Numbered from the stretch's first letter, positions 26,798-39,700 are shown. The stretch: DNA of 64,000 bases from Polyangiales bacterium (GCA_964202905.1 CAXNJO010000013.1:1-64000); one strand, 5' to 3'. A program made the numbers and translations. The notes: generated by a model from the letters alone, not told the origin.

Positions 26798-27981
26798 TGA
26801 GCCTGCCGCCGCCCATCGTCCGCACACGCGCCGACCGCGGCCGCCTCGCGCGGCTCCTGCACGCGGCCGCGCTCGCGATCTGCGTGCTCGCCGCGTCGAC
26901 GGCCGCCCAGGCGCAGCACGCCCCGGAGCCGGCGCCCGACATCGTCCGGGGGCACGGCCTCGCGCTGCCGTCGCTCCCCGCGGACCACCGGATCGAGCGG
27001 CGCGGTCCCGTGCTCTGGTCGTACCCCGCACGCGCCGCCGACGAGGCGCACGCGCTGCAAGCGGTGTGGGACGACGCGTGGCCGCGCATCGCCGACGAGC
27101 TCGGCGGCGACCTCCCCGCGGACGCGGTCATCCGCCTCGCCACGGACCCGGACGAGCTCCGCGCGCTCGCGCCCGAGGCCGCACCGCCGCCGCCGTACGC
27201 CACCGGCGTGACCTACCCCGACCTCGGGCTCGTGCTCCTCTCCTTCGCGGCCCCGGAGACATGGGAACGCCCCGCGATGGACAAGGTGCTCACGCACGAG
27301 CTGAGCCACCTCGCGCTGCACCGCGCCGCGCCGGGCGCGCAGCTGCCCCGCTGGTTCGTCGAGGGGCTCGCCGTGCAGCAGTCCGGCGAGCACTCGGTCG
27401 CGCGGGTGCAGACCCTCGCGGAGGCGGTCGTGGGCGGCACGCTGCTGCCGCTCTCGGGCCTGTCGGCGCGCTTCCCGGAGCGCGCGCACGCCGTGGGGCT
27501 CGCCTACGCGCAGAGCGCGTCCGTCGTCGGCTTCCTCCGTGCCGACGACAAAAAGCTCATCAAATTCGAGCGCTTGCTGCGCGAACTTCGCCACGGAGAG
27601 ACGTTCCGAGGGGCCCTCCGCGAGACGTATTACCTCTCGATCGCGGACCTCGAGCGTGAGTGGCGCGCGGATGTCTCCGACCGCTTCACAGCGCTGCCGC
27701 TGCTCGTGACGGGGAGCGGCGTCTGGGCGCTGGCGCTCGTGCTCTCCGTCGCCGCGTGGGTCCGGCGGCGTCGCAAGCAGCGCGAGACGCTCGCGCGCTG
27801 GTCGGCCGAGGAGGAGGCGCTCCGCGTCGCAGCGCGCGCGCGCGCGCACCGCGAAGCCCTCGACGCGCAGCGCTGGGCCGGGGCGCTCGCCCTCGTCGAG
27901 GCGCGCGCCATCCTCCCCGAGCGACCGGAGCCGGAGCTCCCCACGATCCACCACGAGGGTCGCGATCACACGGTGCACTGA
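26798..27981 (+). CDS. Peptidase MA-like zinc metalloprotease, secreted with a C-terminal TM anchor
   Basis: HELSH (HExxH), LPRWFVEGLA, AY.QS. Start uncertain (26689-26798). Confidence 0.85.
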
Positions 27982-28093
27982 CGGCGACGCGCGGCGCGCC
28001 CGGGGCGATCGCTGCGCGCACGACACGCCACGCGCGGAGCGTGGCCACGGCTTCCTTGACCGTCCCGGCGCGTGTGCCGCACGGTCACACGCT

Positions 28094-29287
28094 GTGTCGC
28101 GCCGCGTCCACCGAGCGCTCTTCGCCGCCACCGCGCTCCTCGGCTGCGCGCTCGGCAGCGCGACGGGCTCCGCGCAGCCGGCTCCAAGCTCCGCCCGCGA
28201 CACGGCGAGCGCGGCGCACCCGAACGACGACGCGGCCGCATCCGCGACCGAGGCGGACGAGGAAGAGCCGCCCATACGGGCGGGGGACGCAGCCCCCCCC
28301 GAGGCCCTGCCGCCCCTGCCCGATCCGCTGGCGGGGCGCGTCGTCACATCGTCCCGCGACCGGGCCGCGGACCTCGTCGTCGTCGTGAGCATCGACGGGC
28401 TGCGCGCCGACGCGGTGCTCCCCTCGCACCCCACGCTCGACCTGCTCGGGCGGCAGGGGGTGCGCGCGGAGCGGGCGCTCACGATCCGTCGCTCGACCAC
28501 CCTCGCGTCGCACGCGTCGATGCTCTCCGGCGTCGACGACGATCAGCACGGACTCACGTGGAACTCCTGGCGACCGCACCGGGGCGGCATCCGGTTTCCG
28601 ACGGCGCTCCGCGTCGCCGCGCGCGCGGGCCTGCCGGCCGCGCTCTTCGTCACCAAGCCGAAGCTGCAGCACCTGCTCGGGCCCGACGCGGACGGCGTCG
28701 CCTTCACGCTGAGCCGAGGCGGCTGCGCGGGCGTCGTACGACGCGCGGAGCCCTGGCTGCGCGACACGGCCGCCGGCGTCGCGATGCTGCATTTCCCCGA
28801 GCCGGACAGCGCCGGCCACCGGCGCGGCTGGATGTCCCGCGCCTACCGCGCGGCCGTCGTCGCGGCGGATGCGTGCCTCGGCGACGTCGTGCGCGCGATC
28901 CGCACGCGGCCCCGCGGCACGGAGCGCGTGCTGCTCATCGTCACCGCCGATCACGGAGGCCACGGACGCAGCCACGGCACGCTGCGCGAGGTCGATCGCC
29001 GCATCCCCTGGCTCGCGTGGGGCGGCGCCGCACGCCGCGGTGGCCGCATCGACCGCGAGATCCAGACGATGGACACGGCGGCGACGGTGCTCGCCGCGCT
29101 CGGCCTGCCGCGCCTCGAAGGCCTCCGCGGCGAGGTCGTGCACGAAGCGCTGCGCGAGCGCGGAGACCCGGCCGCGATCGCACAGGCCGCGCGGAGGCCC
29201 GCACCAACCGCGCATCGGCGCCGAGCGCGAACCGAACGCGCCCAGCGCGCGATCAGCGCAGCCCGCGAACCGGGGGACGCGCGCTGA
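28094..29287 (+). CDS. Alkaline phosphatase / nucleotide pyrophosphatase superfamily protein
   Basis: VVSIDGLRAD, TTLASHASMLSG, PDSAGH..GW, IVTADHGG, HG. Confidence 0.88.
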   Translation: MSRRVHRALFAATALLGCALGSATGSAQPAPSSARDTASAAHPNDDAAASATEADEEEPPIRAGDAAPPEALPPLPDPLAGRVVTSSRDRAADLVVVVSIDGLRADAVLPSHPTLDLLGRQGVRAERALTIRRSTTLASHASMLSGVDDDQHGLTWNSWRPHRGGIRFPTALRVAARAGLPAALFVTKPKLQHLLGPDADGVAFTLSRGGCAGVVRRAEPWLRDTAAGVAMLHFPEPDSAGHRRGWMSRAYRAAVVAADACLGDVVRAIRTRPRGTERVLLIVTADHGGHGRSHGTLREVDRRIPWLAWGGAARRGGRIDREIQTMDTAATVLAALGLPRLEGLRGEVVHEALRERGDPAAIAQAARRPAPTAHRRRARTERAQRAISAAREPGDAR

Positions 29288-29293
29288 CGCCAG

Positions 29294-29556
29294 GTGCCAT
29301 CGGATGACCTGTGCCATCGGATGACCTGTGCCATCGGATGACCTGTGCCATCGGATGACCTGTGCCATCGGATGACCTGCGCCATCGGATGACCCGCGCG
29401 ATCGGATGACCTGCGCGATCGGATGACCCGCGCGATCGGATGACCCGCGCGATCGGATGACCCGCGCGATCGGATGACCCGCGCGATCGGATGACCTGCG
29501 CGATCGGATGACCCGCGCGATCGGATGACCCGCGCGATCGGATGACGCGCGCGATC
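29294..29556. repeat. 15 x 17-bp tandem repeat, consensus GYGCSATCGGATGACCY
   Basis: ATCGGATGAC recurs exactly every 17 nt from 29299 to 29537, with no spacers. Confidence 0.97.
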
Positions 29557-29642
29557 CCGAAGCGCGCTCGGACAACGCGCGCCGACGCGGGGGAAGGCCT
29601 ACACCGGCCGAGCGCTACGCGCGCTGGCCGGATCCAGCAGGT

Positions 29643-29783
29643 TCACTTCGCGGGCGCGGCCTTCTCGAGGTGGATGGGGAACTTGGGGGTTCCGGCCTTG
29701 GCGCGCGCCTTCTTTTTGTCGCGGCCGAGCTTGGTCGTCTTCGCCTCGCGGCGGTTCCAGGTCATCTTGGTGTTCGAAACCAT
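29643..29783 (-). CDS. Small basic protein, 46 aa
   Basis: MVSNTKMTWNRREAKTTKLGRDKKKARAKAGTPKFPIHLEKAAPAK; AGGGAG RBS before the ATG; nearly all codons end in G/C. Confidence 0.75.
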   Translation of the reverse strand: MVSNTKMTWNRREAKTTKLGRDKKKARAKAGTPKFPIHLEKAAPAK

Positions 29784-29809
29784 CAGCGTCTCCCTTGGGG
29801 GGGCGATGT

Positions 29810-30700
29810 CTACCTCAGCCGCCCGCCGAGCGCAACGGAACTCGCGTACTGCGTGAGCGCGGCGCCGAGACGGCGGCCGATGGGCCCGGGCGCACCGGAC
29901 CCGATTCGCACGCCGTCGGCCTCGACGACCGGCATCACGCCACGGATCGCGCTGAGCAAGAGGACCTCGTCGGCGTCGTAGACGCGGCGTGGCGTGAGCA
30001 TGCCCGCCTCGACGATCCGTCCCTCGGCGCGCGCGAGCGCCGCGACGGTGTCCCACGTGATGCCGGGCAAGACGCCCGCGCTCGCCGGCGGGCTGCGCAG
30101 CACGCCGCGCCGGACGACGACGACGGTGCTCGTCGCGCCCTCGAGGACGTCACCACTGTCGGTCACGAGGAGCGCATCGTCCGCCCCACGCGCGCGGGCC
30201 TCCTCGAGCGCGAGGACGCTCCGCAGGTACGCGAGCGTCTTGTGCGCGCCGAGCGCGGTCGCGTCACGCGGATGCGCCGCGGCGATCAGCGCGACGCGAA
30301 CGCCGCGCGCGTACTGCTCTTCCGTCGGGACGCGCAGCGGCGAGGCCACGACGAAGCGCCGCGCGCGCTCCGTACCGACGACACGCGGCCCCCCGCCGCC
30401 CGCGCCGCGCGTGACGACGACGCGCAGGTGGCTCTCCGGGCGGCCCGTCGCGGCGTGCGCCGCGCGGATCTCCGCCGCGAGCTGCGCGATCGGGACCGGC
30501 AGCGCGATCCGTACGGCGGCGCAGGCGCGCGCGAGGCGGGCGAGGTGATCGTCGAGCCGAAACGGCGCGCCGCTCCACGTCCGGAGCACCTCGAACACAC
30601 CGTCGCCGTGGAGAAGCCCGCGATCGAGGACGCTCACGCGAGCGCCGGGCGCGTCCTCCGCGACCGGAGGCGCGCCGTCCACCGAGACGAGCGTGGGCAC
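29810..30700 (-). CDS. Class IV PLP aminotransferase (IlvE/PabC/Dat family)
   Basis: DRGLLHGDGVFEVLR, HLARL, HKTLAY, EGATST, LPGIT, ADEV. GTG start at 30700. Confidence 0.9.
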   Translation of the reverse strand: MPTLVSVDGAPPVAEDAPGARVSVLDRGLLHGDGVFEVLRTWSGAPFRLDDHLARLARACAAVRIALPVPIAQLAAEIRAAHAATGRPESHLRVVVTRGAGGGGPRVVGTERARRFVVASPLRVPTEEQYARGVRVALIAAAHPRDATALGAHKTLAYLRSVLALEEARARGADDALLVTDSGDVLEGATSTVVVVRRGVLRSPPASAGVLPGITWDTVAALARAEGRIVEAGMLTPRRVYDADEVLLLSAIRGVMPVVEADGVRIGSGAPGPIGRRLGAALTQYASSVALGGRLR

Positions 30701-30716
30701 GCTGCGCGCCGCGCGC

Positions 30717-33700
30717 TCAGGCCTTGAGCGACGCGAGGAGCGCCGCCGCCTCCGCGAGCGACTTGTCCTCGGCCACCGCGCGCTCGAGCATGCTGATGGC
30801 CTTGGGCTTGTCGCCCTGCTTCGCCGAGATGTCGCCGAGATAGAAGTAGACTTGCGCCTTGGTGATGCCGGCGCTCGCGTCGAGCTTCTGCAGGAGGAGC
30901 GCGCGGTAGGTCTTCTGCGCGCGCTCGAAATCACCGCCGACGTACGTCAAGCGCCCGAGATCGCGGAGGATCGCGACGCTGGTGAGGTCGACCTTGAAGG
31001 CCGCGTCGAGTTGCGCGAGCGCGCCCGCCGTGTCGCCGAGCCCCTCGAGCGCGAGACCGAGGCGGTGATGGAACTGGGCGACCTCCTTCACGCGCTTGCC
31101 GCCGAAGGAGGCGATGATCTTCTCGAGGACGGGCACGGCGTCGCGCGAGCGCCCAGCCGCGATGTACAGGTCGCAGAGGGGCAGCAGCACGCCCCGATCG
31201 TCGGGCGTGAGCTGCGCAGCCCGCTCGAGGTAGACCGCCGCGCGGCCCGGGTCCGCCAGGCGGGTCCCGTAGATCGACGCGATCTGCTTCAGCAGCGCGC
31301 CGCGGGCGGAGGGCTCACTGAGCGCGTCCACCTCTTCGGCGAGCAGCGCGGCGAAGCGGTCGTGGCGCCCGTGCCGCTCGTAGAAGGCCTTGAGCCGCAC
31401 GCGCGTCTCCGGCTGCTGGGCCGCCTCGAGGGCCCGCACGAGCGCCCCCTCCGCGCGGTCCGCGTCCCCGAGGCGCGTCTCGGCGAGCTCGGCGAGGCGA
31501 TGCGCGCTCTCGACCGTCTCGAGCCCAGGGCGCAGGAGCACGAGGCGCTCGAGCGCGTCCGCCGCGTGCGCAGCGTCACCCGCGGCCTCGTGGAGCCGCA
31601 CCAGCGCGAGCAGCGCGCGGACTTCGTCCGGGCGCCGCTCGAGGATGCGCTCCCACGCGTCCACCGCGCGCGCAGGCTCACGCAGTGATTTCTCGAGGAG
31701 ATCGGCGAGGCGCGCCAACACTGCGACCTCACCGGCAGCGTCCCCGGCTGCCGCGGCGTCGTCCGCGCGACGCCCCAGCAGCGCGGCGACCTCCTGCAGC
31801 CTGCCGTGCGCGAGCAGGAGCCGCTCGAGTTCGTCGAGCGCCTCGACGTTGGACGGATCCTCGCCGAGGATCTCCTCGATCTGCGCGATCGCCTCCGCCC
31901 CCTTGCCGAAACTCTTCTCCATGAGCCGCGCCAGCCGGACGCGCGCAGCCGCCCGCTGGGCCGGCGTCTCGGCCGCGTCGAGCCGGCGCTCGAGGACCTC
32001 ACGCAGATCCTCCCAGGCCGATCGGCCCTCGTAGATGGCCTCGAGGGCGGACATCGCGTCCACGTCGCCCGGAGACTCGTCGAGCACGCCTCGGAAGGCC
32101 TCGATCGCGGCGTCGAGGTTGGCGAGCTTCTCGCGCTGGAGGGTGCCGAGGCGGCGCCGCGCAGCGACGCGGAGCGCAGGCTGCGGCTCGGCGTCGATCC
32201 GGCGCTCGAGCAGCCCGACCACGTCTGCGAAGCGCCCCTCGTTCTCACGTAGCCCCGCGAGCGCGTCGAGCGACGCGAGATCGCCGGCGTCGATCGCGAG
32301 GATCGACGCGTGACACGCCGCAGTCGTCGGCGCATCGGCGAGCCGCGACGCCGCGAGCTGCGCCGCCTCGCGCAGATGCGCGACGCGGGCCGCGTCGTCG
32401 TGTCCCGCTTCCGCCCAGGCGCGGAGCGCGGCGACGAGCGCGGCCTCGCGACCAGGCGCGCGCAGCAGCGCGACCAGCTGCTCGTGCGCGTCGGGCGTGT
32501 CCGCATCGGCGTGGATCGCCGCACGCAGTTGCTGCTCGCAGGCGACGGCGTCGGCGAGCGCCTCGCCGTACCAGCGCGCCGCGCGCAGGTGCAGATCGCG
32601 CCGCACGCTGCGTTCGAGGTCCCCGGCCGCCGTGACCTCCTCGACGAGGCCGCGCAGCGCGTCCCAGCGCCCCACGACGGGCGCGAGGCGCTCCACCTCG
32701 GCGAGCAGCGACTCGTCGCGCGGGTCGAGCACGAACGCCTGCCGCAGCGCGGTGAGCGCACGTTCGGGCCGGCCGAGTTCCTGCTCCCAGAGTTGCGCGG
32801 CGTCCTGAAGGAGCCGCACGCGCGCGCCGCTCGAGTCCGCGAGCCGGATGCGCACGTCGTAGAGGTCGGCCGCCTTCTCGAGCGCGCCACACTCGCGGTA
32901 GACGCCGTCGAGGACGTCGATCACCTCGACCGCGAGCGCGTCGTCGCCGAGCAGACGCTCGAGCGCCGCAGTCGCGCGCGGCTCGGTCGGGTCGCGGTCG
33001 ACGACGTCGCGGTAGCACTGCAGCGCGCCGTATCGATCCCCGAAGCGCTGCTCTTTCAGCTCGCCGAGTCGGATGGAGAGCGTCGCGGCGGCGCTCGGCT
33101 CGGGGGCGAGCTGGATGCGACGCTCGAGGACGTCGGCGAGTTCGCGCGCCGCCTGCGTCTTGACGTAAAGCCGATCGAGCGCGGCGAGCGTGTCCTCGTC
33201 GTCGCCCGACTGCTCCGCGGCGCGACGGTACGCCTCGAGCGCGCGCGCTTCGTCGCCGAGGCGCGTCTCCGCGATCACGGCCACGCGCACGTAGAGGGCG
33301 CGGCCCTGCGCCGGGTCGTGCGCCGAGGATGCACGCGCGGCGAAGGCGTCCGCGAGCCGGTCCCACGCGCCGAGTTCCGCGGCGAGCCGCTCGAGCTGGT
33401 CGGCGATGTCGGCGTCGGACGGGTCCTCCGCGAGCGCGCGGCGGTAGGCCTCGAAGGCCGCCGCCTTGTCGCCGCGGCCCTGCTCGTGCACGTCGGCGAG
33501 GCGGCGCAGCTCGTCACGCTTCGCGACGTTGTCCTGCATCACGTCCGCCGTGCGCTCGAGCAGCTCGGCGAGCTCGTCGTAACGGCCCCCCTCGCGCAGG
33601 ACCGGCTCGACGACCTCGGCGGCCTCCGCGCGGTGCTCCTCGAGCCGCGTGATGCGGAGGAGCGCAGCGAGCGGCGCTTCGAGCTGCGGCGCGACGAGCA

Positions 33701-36700
33701 GCGCCTCGTGGTAAACGCCGATGGCCTCCCGGACGTCGTCGAGCTCGCGCTCGAGCACGGCGCCCGCGCGGTACAGGAGCTGCGCGCGCGCGCCCGCGTC
33801 CGCAGCCATGCCGGCCTGCAGCCGGAGGTTCTCGAGCAGCGCCGACCAGAGCCCCTGCCGCTCGTAGAGCCGCGCGAGCGAGAGCACGGCGGTGGTGTCG
33901 CCAGCGCGGTCCGCGAGCACGCGCTCGTAGGCCGCGATCGCCTCCGCAGGCTGCCGGAGTTGCTCCTCGGCGAGGGCGCCGAGACGGAGGTTGGCGTCGA
34001 GTCGCACGTCGACGTCCTGCGACAGCTCCGCGCGGCGGCGGAGCGCGGACGCGAGGTTGTCGGCGTCGCCCGCGAGGGCGTAGAGCCGATCGAGCGCCTC
34101 GAGCGAGATTTCGTCGGTGTCGTCCTCCCCGAGGGCGGCGCGGTAGGCGTCGATGGCGCCGGTGCGGTCGCCGATCAGCTCCTCGAGGACCGAGCCGGCG
34201 CGCCGGTTCAGCTCGCCGCGCTCGGCGGCGTCGAAGCTGCGCTCGCCGCGCTTGCGCAGGATCGCGACGAGCCCCTGCCAGTCGCCGACCATGGTGTGGA
34301 GCGCCTCGAGCGCGTCGAGCGGCGCCGGGTCCGACTCGTCGTGCGCGAGCAGCCGCTCGTAGACGAGGATCGCGCTGCGCGGGTCACCCCGCTTTTCATC
34401 GTGGACGCGGGCGACCGTCGCGAGGAGTTGCGAGACGGTCGCGGGATCCGTCGCGGCGGCGACGGCCTGCTCGTAGGCCGAGACGTGCTCGTCCCAGAGG
34501 TCGAGCAGCGACGCGAGGCGATCGAGCCTCGGCGCGGACGACCTCGTTGCCGGGCTCGAGCGCGAGCGCGCGTGCCCACGCATGGAACGCGAGGCTCCCG
34601 TCGCGCCCGAACTGCTCGTGCAGCTCGGCGATCGAGCCGAGCACGCGCACCCGGTCGAGCGCGTCCTCGAGGAGCGGCAGCTGGGCCTCGCTGATCGCGA
34701 CGAGCTTCCGCCACTGCCCCGACGCCCGGTAGATCGGCTCGAGCAACTCGATGATGCGGAGGCGGTGCGCCTCGTCGCGCACGAGCAGCTCGAGCGCCGC
34801 GATGGTCTCGGCGTGGCCGGGGTCGCTGCCGACGATGTCCGCGTACACGTCGAGCGCGCCCTCGACGTCGCTGAGCTTCGTCGCGAGCACGTCGCCGAGG
34901 CGATGCTTGAGATCGTTCTCCTCGGAGGAGCCGACCGCCTGATCGATGCGGCGGCGCAGGAGGTCCGCCACGTCCTGCCAGCGGTCGAGCTGCACGAGCA
35001 GCGCGTCGAGCGCGGCGATCGCAAGCCCGTCCGTGGGCGCGACGTCGAGGATCTCCCGGAAGACGTCCACGGCGCCGGCGGCGTCGCCCTTCTCGGCCTC
35101 GAGCGTCTGCGCGATCTTGTGGAGCAGCGCGACGCGCCCGTCGTCGCTCGTCGCGACCTCGGCCTGTTCGCGCCAGAGTGTCAGCAGGGCGTCGTGGTTC
35201 GCGCGCCCGACGAGCGCCCGCTCGAGGGCCTCGAACGCCGCGCGATCGGTCGTGTCCCATGCGAGCGCGAGCCCGTAGTTGCGCGCAGCGCGCTCGAGAT
35301 CGCCCGTCTTTTCCGTGTGCAGGCGACCCGCGTGCATCGCGAGGCGCGCCATCTGCGGGTCGTCGACGCCGCGCGCGTCGAGCACCTCGTCGAAGATCGC
35401 GGCGAGCCGCGCAGGCTTCTCGAGGGCACGGGCGAGGCGACCTAGCGTATCCCACAGCGCTTGGTCCGTGGGCTCCTCGCGGAAGAGCCGACCGTACGTC
35501 GCGAGCGCGCCCTCGAGATCCTCGAGGTGCGTCTCGTAGTACTCGCCGAGCCGCGCGAGCAACTCACGGCGGACGCCCGGGTCCTCCTCACCGGAGAGGC
35601 GCGCCTCGAGCGCGGCGATCACGTTCGGCCAGTCGAGGGTCGCGAGATACACCGGCTCGAGGATTTCGGCCGCCCGGCTCCGCCAAGCGCCCTCGCCCAT
35701 CATCGCGGCGAGCGCGGCGATGGTGGGGGCGTACGCCGCATCGGCCACGAGGGCCGCGCGGAAGCTCTCGAGCGCGCCCTCGACGTCGTCGAGGTGCGCT
35801 GCACGCAGCGCGCCGAGCGCGTGGTGCGTCGCCACGACGCTGCCCGCCCCGCGCTCAAGGCGCTGCTCGTAGAGCGAAGCCAGATCACGCCAGCGATCGA
35901 TGCGCGCATAGAGCCGCTCGAGCCCCTCGACCGCCGCGCCTTCGTCGGCGTCGGCGAGCACCTGCTCGAACGCGTCGATCGCGCCCGGGACGTCCGCAAG
36001 CCGCGCCTCGCAGAGTGCCCCCTGGCGCAACAGCAGCGCGCGACGCGCCTCGGGCGTCGATGCCAGATCGGTCTTGCGGCGGAGCGTCTCGAGGAGGGCG
36101 CGCGCGTCGCCGGACTCCTCGTCGATCGACTCGAGCGCGTCGAGCGCGTCCGCATCGTCAGGACGCGCCTCGAGCACCAGCCCGTGGTACTGGCGGGCGA
36201 GTTCGCGGTCGCCCAGGCGACCCCGCGCGAGGCCGGCGATGCGCGACCAGGTGTCCACCTGGAGGTCGCCGTCCGCGATGTCCGGCGCGATCTCGCGCAG
36301 CAGCGCGACCAGCTCGCGCCAGCGATCGGCGCTCGCCGCGAGCCGCTCGAGTTCGCGCAACATATCCGGAAGATCCGGCTCGCCGAGCCCCGCACGCACC
36401 GCGCCGCCGAGGAGCTGGAACGCGCGCGACGCGTCCTGCAGGCCGACGTCCGCGACCTCCGCGGCGCGCCGAAGGGCGCGAAGCTTCTCGAGGGTGTCGT
36501 CGGTATCTGCGGTGACTTCGAGGGCCGCGAGGAGTTTGTCGTAGGCGCCCGAGGACTCGTAGCGGGGCACGAGCACGGTGGCCGCGGCGATGCGCTCGTG
36601 CGCCTCGGGCGCGCCGAGCAGCACCTCGAGCGACGCGATCGCGCCTGCGTGCGTCGGATCGAGGTCGAGCACCTCCGCGTAGACCTCGATCGCGCGCTCC

Positions 36701-39700
36701 CGCTCGTGGGTCCGCGTGCGGAGAAGTTCGGCCGCCCGGAAACGGGAGGCCGCGCGCACGTCGGCGCCGGCGCCCTCCCGAGCGAGCAGCTCGTACTCGG
36801 TCGCGAGCGTCTCGAGCAGATCGGTCCAGCGCGCGGCGGCCTCGTAGAGCCGGGCGAGGGCCGCGAGCACCTGGCCATCTGGGCCAAAGCTCGCGAGGAC
36901 GTCGTTCCAGGCGGCGATCGCGCTTTCCTCGTCACCGAGTTGCGCGTCGTAGAGTTCGGCGATCCGCAGCGCGATCTCGTGGCGCTCGGCCTCGTCGGTG
37001 ACGACGCCATCGCGCGACTTCAGCGTCTGGATGAGCTTCTCCCACCGCTCCGTCCGCGCAAAGAGCCGCTCGAGCGCGCGCATCGCGTCGACGTCGGCCG
37101 CATCGTGCTCGAGGCGCTCCTCGTGCACGGCGATCGCGCCCTCGACGTCGTCGAGGTTCTCCTCGAGAAGCGCCCCGAGCCGCACGAGCAAGGTGCGTCG
37201 CGCATCGACGTCGCCCTCGAAGCGCGCCTGCCGCCGCAGCGCGCCGGCGAGCTTCGTCGCATCGCCACCCGCGAGGTGCAGGGCCTCGAGCGCACGCGCT
37301 GCGACGAGCACCGCGTCGCCGTCGTGCGGATCGACCGCGATGAGCCGCTCCCATGCGCTCTCCGCGCGCGGCGCATCCCCGAGGCGATCGCCGTAGAGCG
37401 AGCCCAGCTCCGCGAGCAGCTCGCCCTGCAGGCGTGGCGAGTCGGTCAGCCCCACGGCGCGCTCGAGCGCGGACGCGCGGTCCGTGTCCCGACCGCGCAT
37501 GACGGCGATGCGCGCGAGCTCCGCACGCGGCTGTGGGTCCCCCGGGTCCGCGAGGACGGCGCGCTCGAAGGCGCCGAACGCCCGGTCGAGGTCGCTCAGG
37601 CGGGCCTCGTGAATCTCGGCGAGTCGGAGCAGGAGCGCCACGCGCGAGCCCGGGTCCTGGACGGCCTCGAGCTGCACTTCGAGCACGCGCGTCAGGTCGG
37701 CCCAGTCGAAACGCCGCTCGTAGAGGGGCTCGAGGATGAGCGCGATTCGCTGCCGCTGCGCTGCGTCGGCGAGCAGGCGCTCCAGACCAGCGCGCGCGCG
37801 GTCGTTCGAGGGCTGCTCGGCGACGACGGCCTCGTAATGGTCGACCGCGGCGGACGCGTCGGCGAGCTGCTGCTCCGAGAGCTCACCGAGTTGCAACATC
37901 CGCTCGAAGCGCGCCTCACCGCTCGCGCGATCGAGCTCGCCGCGGAGCAGGTCCGCGAGGTCACGCCAGCGTCCGGTGCGACGGAACAGGCGCTCGAGGG
38001 CGATGCGCGCGCCGGCGTCGTCCGGCTCGAGTTCGAGCACGTCCTGATACGCGCGGATCGCGAGCGCCGGGTCGTCGAGCAACTCCTCGAAGAGGAAGCA
38101 GACCTGCATCAGCAGCTCGTATTTCGCGGTCGCGTCGACGGTCTGCGCGATGCGGTTCCGATACAGGACCTGCAGGTCGTCCCAGCGCTCGCGGTTGGTG
38201 TACAGGTCTTTCAACGCGAGGAACGCGCGCTCGTCGAGTTCGTCGTGCGTGAGCACGCGCCGGTGGAACGGCTCCGCCGCGTCCGGACGTCCGAGCATCT
38301 CATCGAAGAGCGCCGCGACGCGGCGCGAGAGATCCGCCGCGTCGGCATCGCCGAGTTGTCCCGTCTCGAGCGCCATCGCGTACGCGGCGGCGAGCGACTC
38401 GTGCTGCTTCGCGGCCTCCGCCGCGCGCGCGAGCCGATCCCAGAGGTCCGGGTCGGTCGGGCTGTCGAGGAACGCGGCCTCCAGCGCGCCGTAGGCGCCC
38501 GCTGCGTCGCCGAGCTTGCTGCCGCTCAGTTCCGCGAGCCGGAGCCGCAGCGCGCGCCGCTCGCCGTCTTCCGTCGAGCGCGCGAGGCGCGCCTCGAGGA
38601 GCCGCACGAGTTTGTCCCAGGCGCCCGTCGCTTCGTAGGCCGACTCGAGGAGCCGCACGGCCTCGTCACGCACCTCGGGCTGCGACGCGCCCGCGAGCTG
38701 CTCCAGCGCGACGACGGCCGGCCCGTGGCCCGGCGCCGCGGCGAGCACCTCGGCGAGGGCGTCGACTGCCGCGCGCGGATCCGCGAGAGGCCCCGCATAC
38801 GTCTGCCCCAGCCGGAACAGGAACTCGGTGCGCTGCCCCACGTCGCGGGCGACGTCGGCGCGCCGGCGCAGCACGTCGGCGAGTTCGGCGTAGCGCCCGG
38901 CGGCGGTCGCGAGCCGATCCAGCGAACCGAGCGCGTCGGAGTCCGTCGCGTCGATGTCGAGAATGGCCCGGTAACGCGACGCCGCGGTCTCGGCATCGCC
39001 GAGGGTGACCTCTTCGAGACGCGCGAGCTCGCCGAGCACGACGTAGCGCTCGGTCGGGTCGCCCGTGGCCTCGACCCGCGTGACGAAGAGCGCGCGGAGC
39101 TCGTCGTTCCGTCCCTCAGCCCGCAGCACGCGCTCGAGGGCGTCCATCGCGTCGGTGTCCGTCGGGTCCGCGTCGACGAGCGCGCGCAATTGCGTGATGG
39201 CCAGCTCCGGCTGCGCCAGACGCGCCTGCGCCAGCTCGGCGAGGCGACGCCGCAAACGCCGCAGCTCTTCCGCGGAATCGGACGCCGCGACGCGCGCGAG
39301 GTACGCAGCCGCGAGCGCCTCGTACCCGCCCGTGCGCTCCGCGGCGCTCTCGAGACCGGCGACGACGGCCGGGTCCGCAGGCGCGACGCGATAGGCCTCG
39401 AGCGCCCAGTGCAGCCCTCGCTCGGGCTCCCGCAGCTCGCCGAGCGTGAGATCGCGGAGCCGCGAGACGATCGCGAGCCGCTCGACCGTCGCCGCTGCGG
39501 GCGCGTCGGGGCCGGCGGGCAGCGTCGCGAGCACCGTCTCGAGCAGCGCCGGCAGCCGCTGCCACTTCTGGTCCTTCTCGTAGATCGCGAGCAGCGCGCG
39601 CGCGGCGCGCTCGTGGCCCGGCTCGACCGCGAGGACGCGCTCGTAGGCGCGGAATGCGCGCTGCGGCTCGCCGAGACGCTCGGTGTAGATGTCTGCGGCG

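Noticed and set aside
29294..29556. CRISPR array
   Set aside because: Units are contiguous 17-mers with no unique spacers, and there are no cas genes in the window.
28085..29575. Minus-strand ORF translating the 17-bp array into a repeat protein
   Set aside because: TTG start with no RBS, antisense to the phosphatase gene; open only because the repeat has no minus-strand stops.
34520..34535. Programmed frameshift or phase variation in the TPR gene
   Set aside because: No slippery heptamer or homopolymer tract; similar lone insertions at ~1410-1470 and ~15515 suggest assembly indels.
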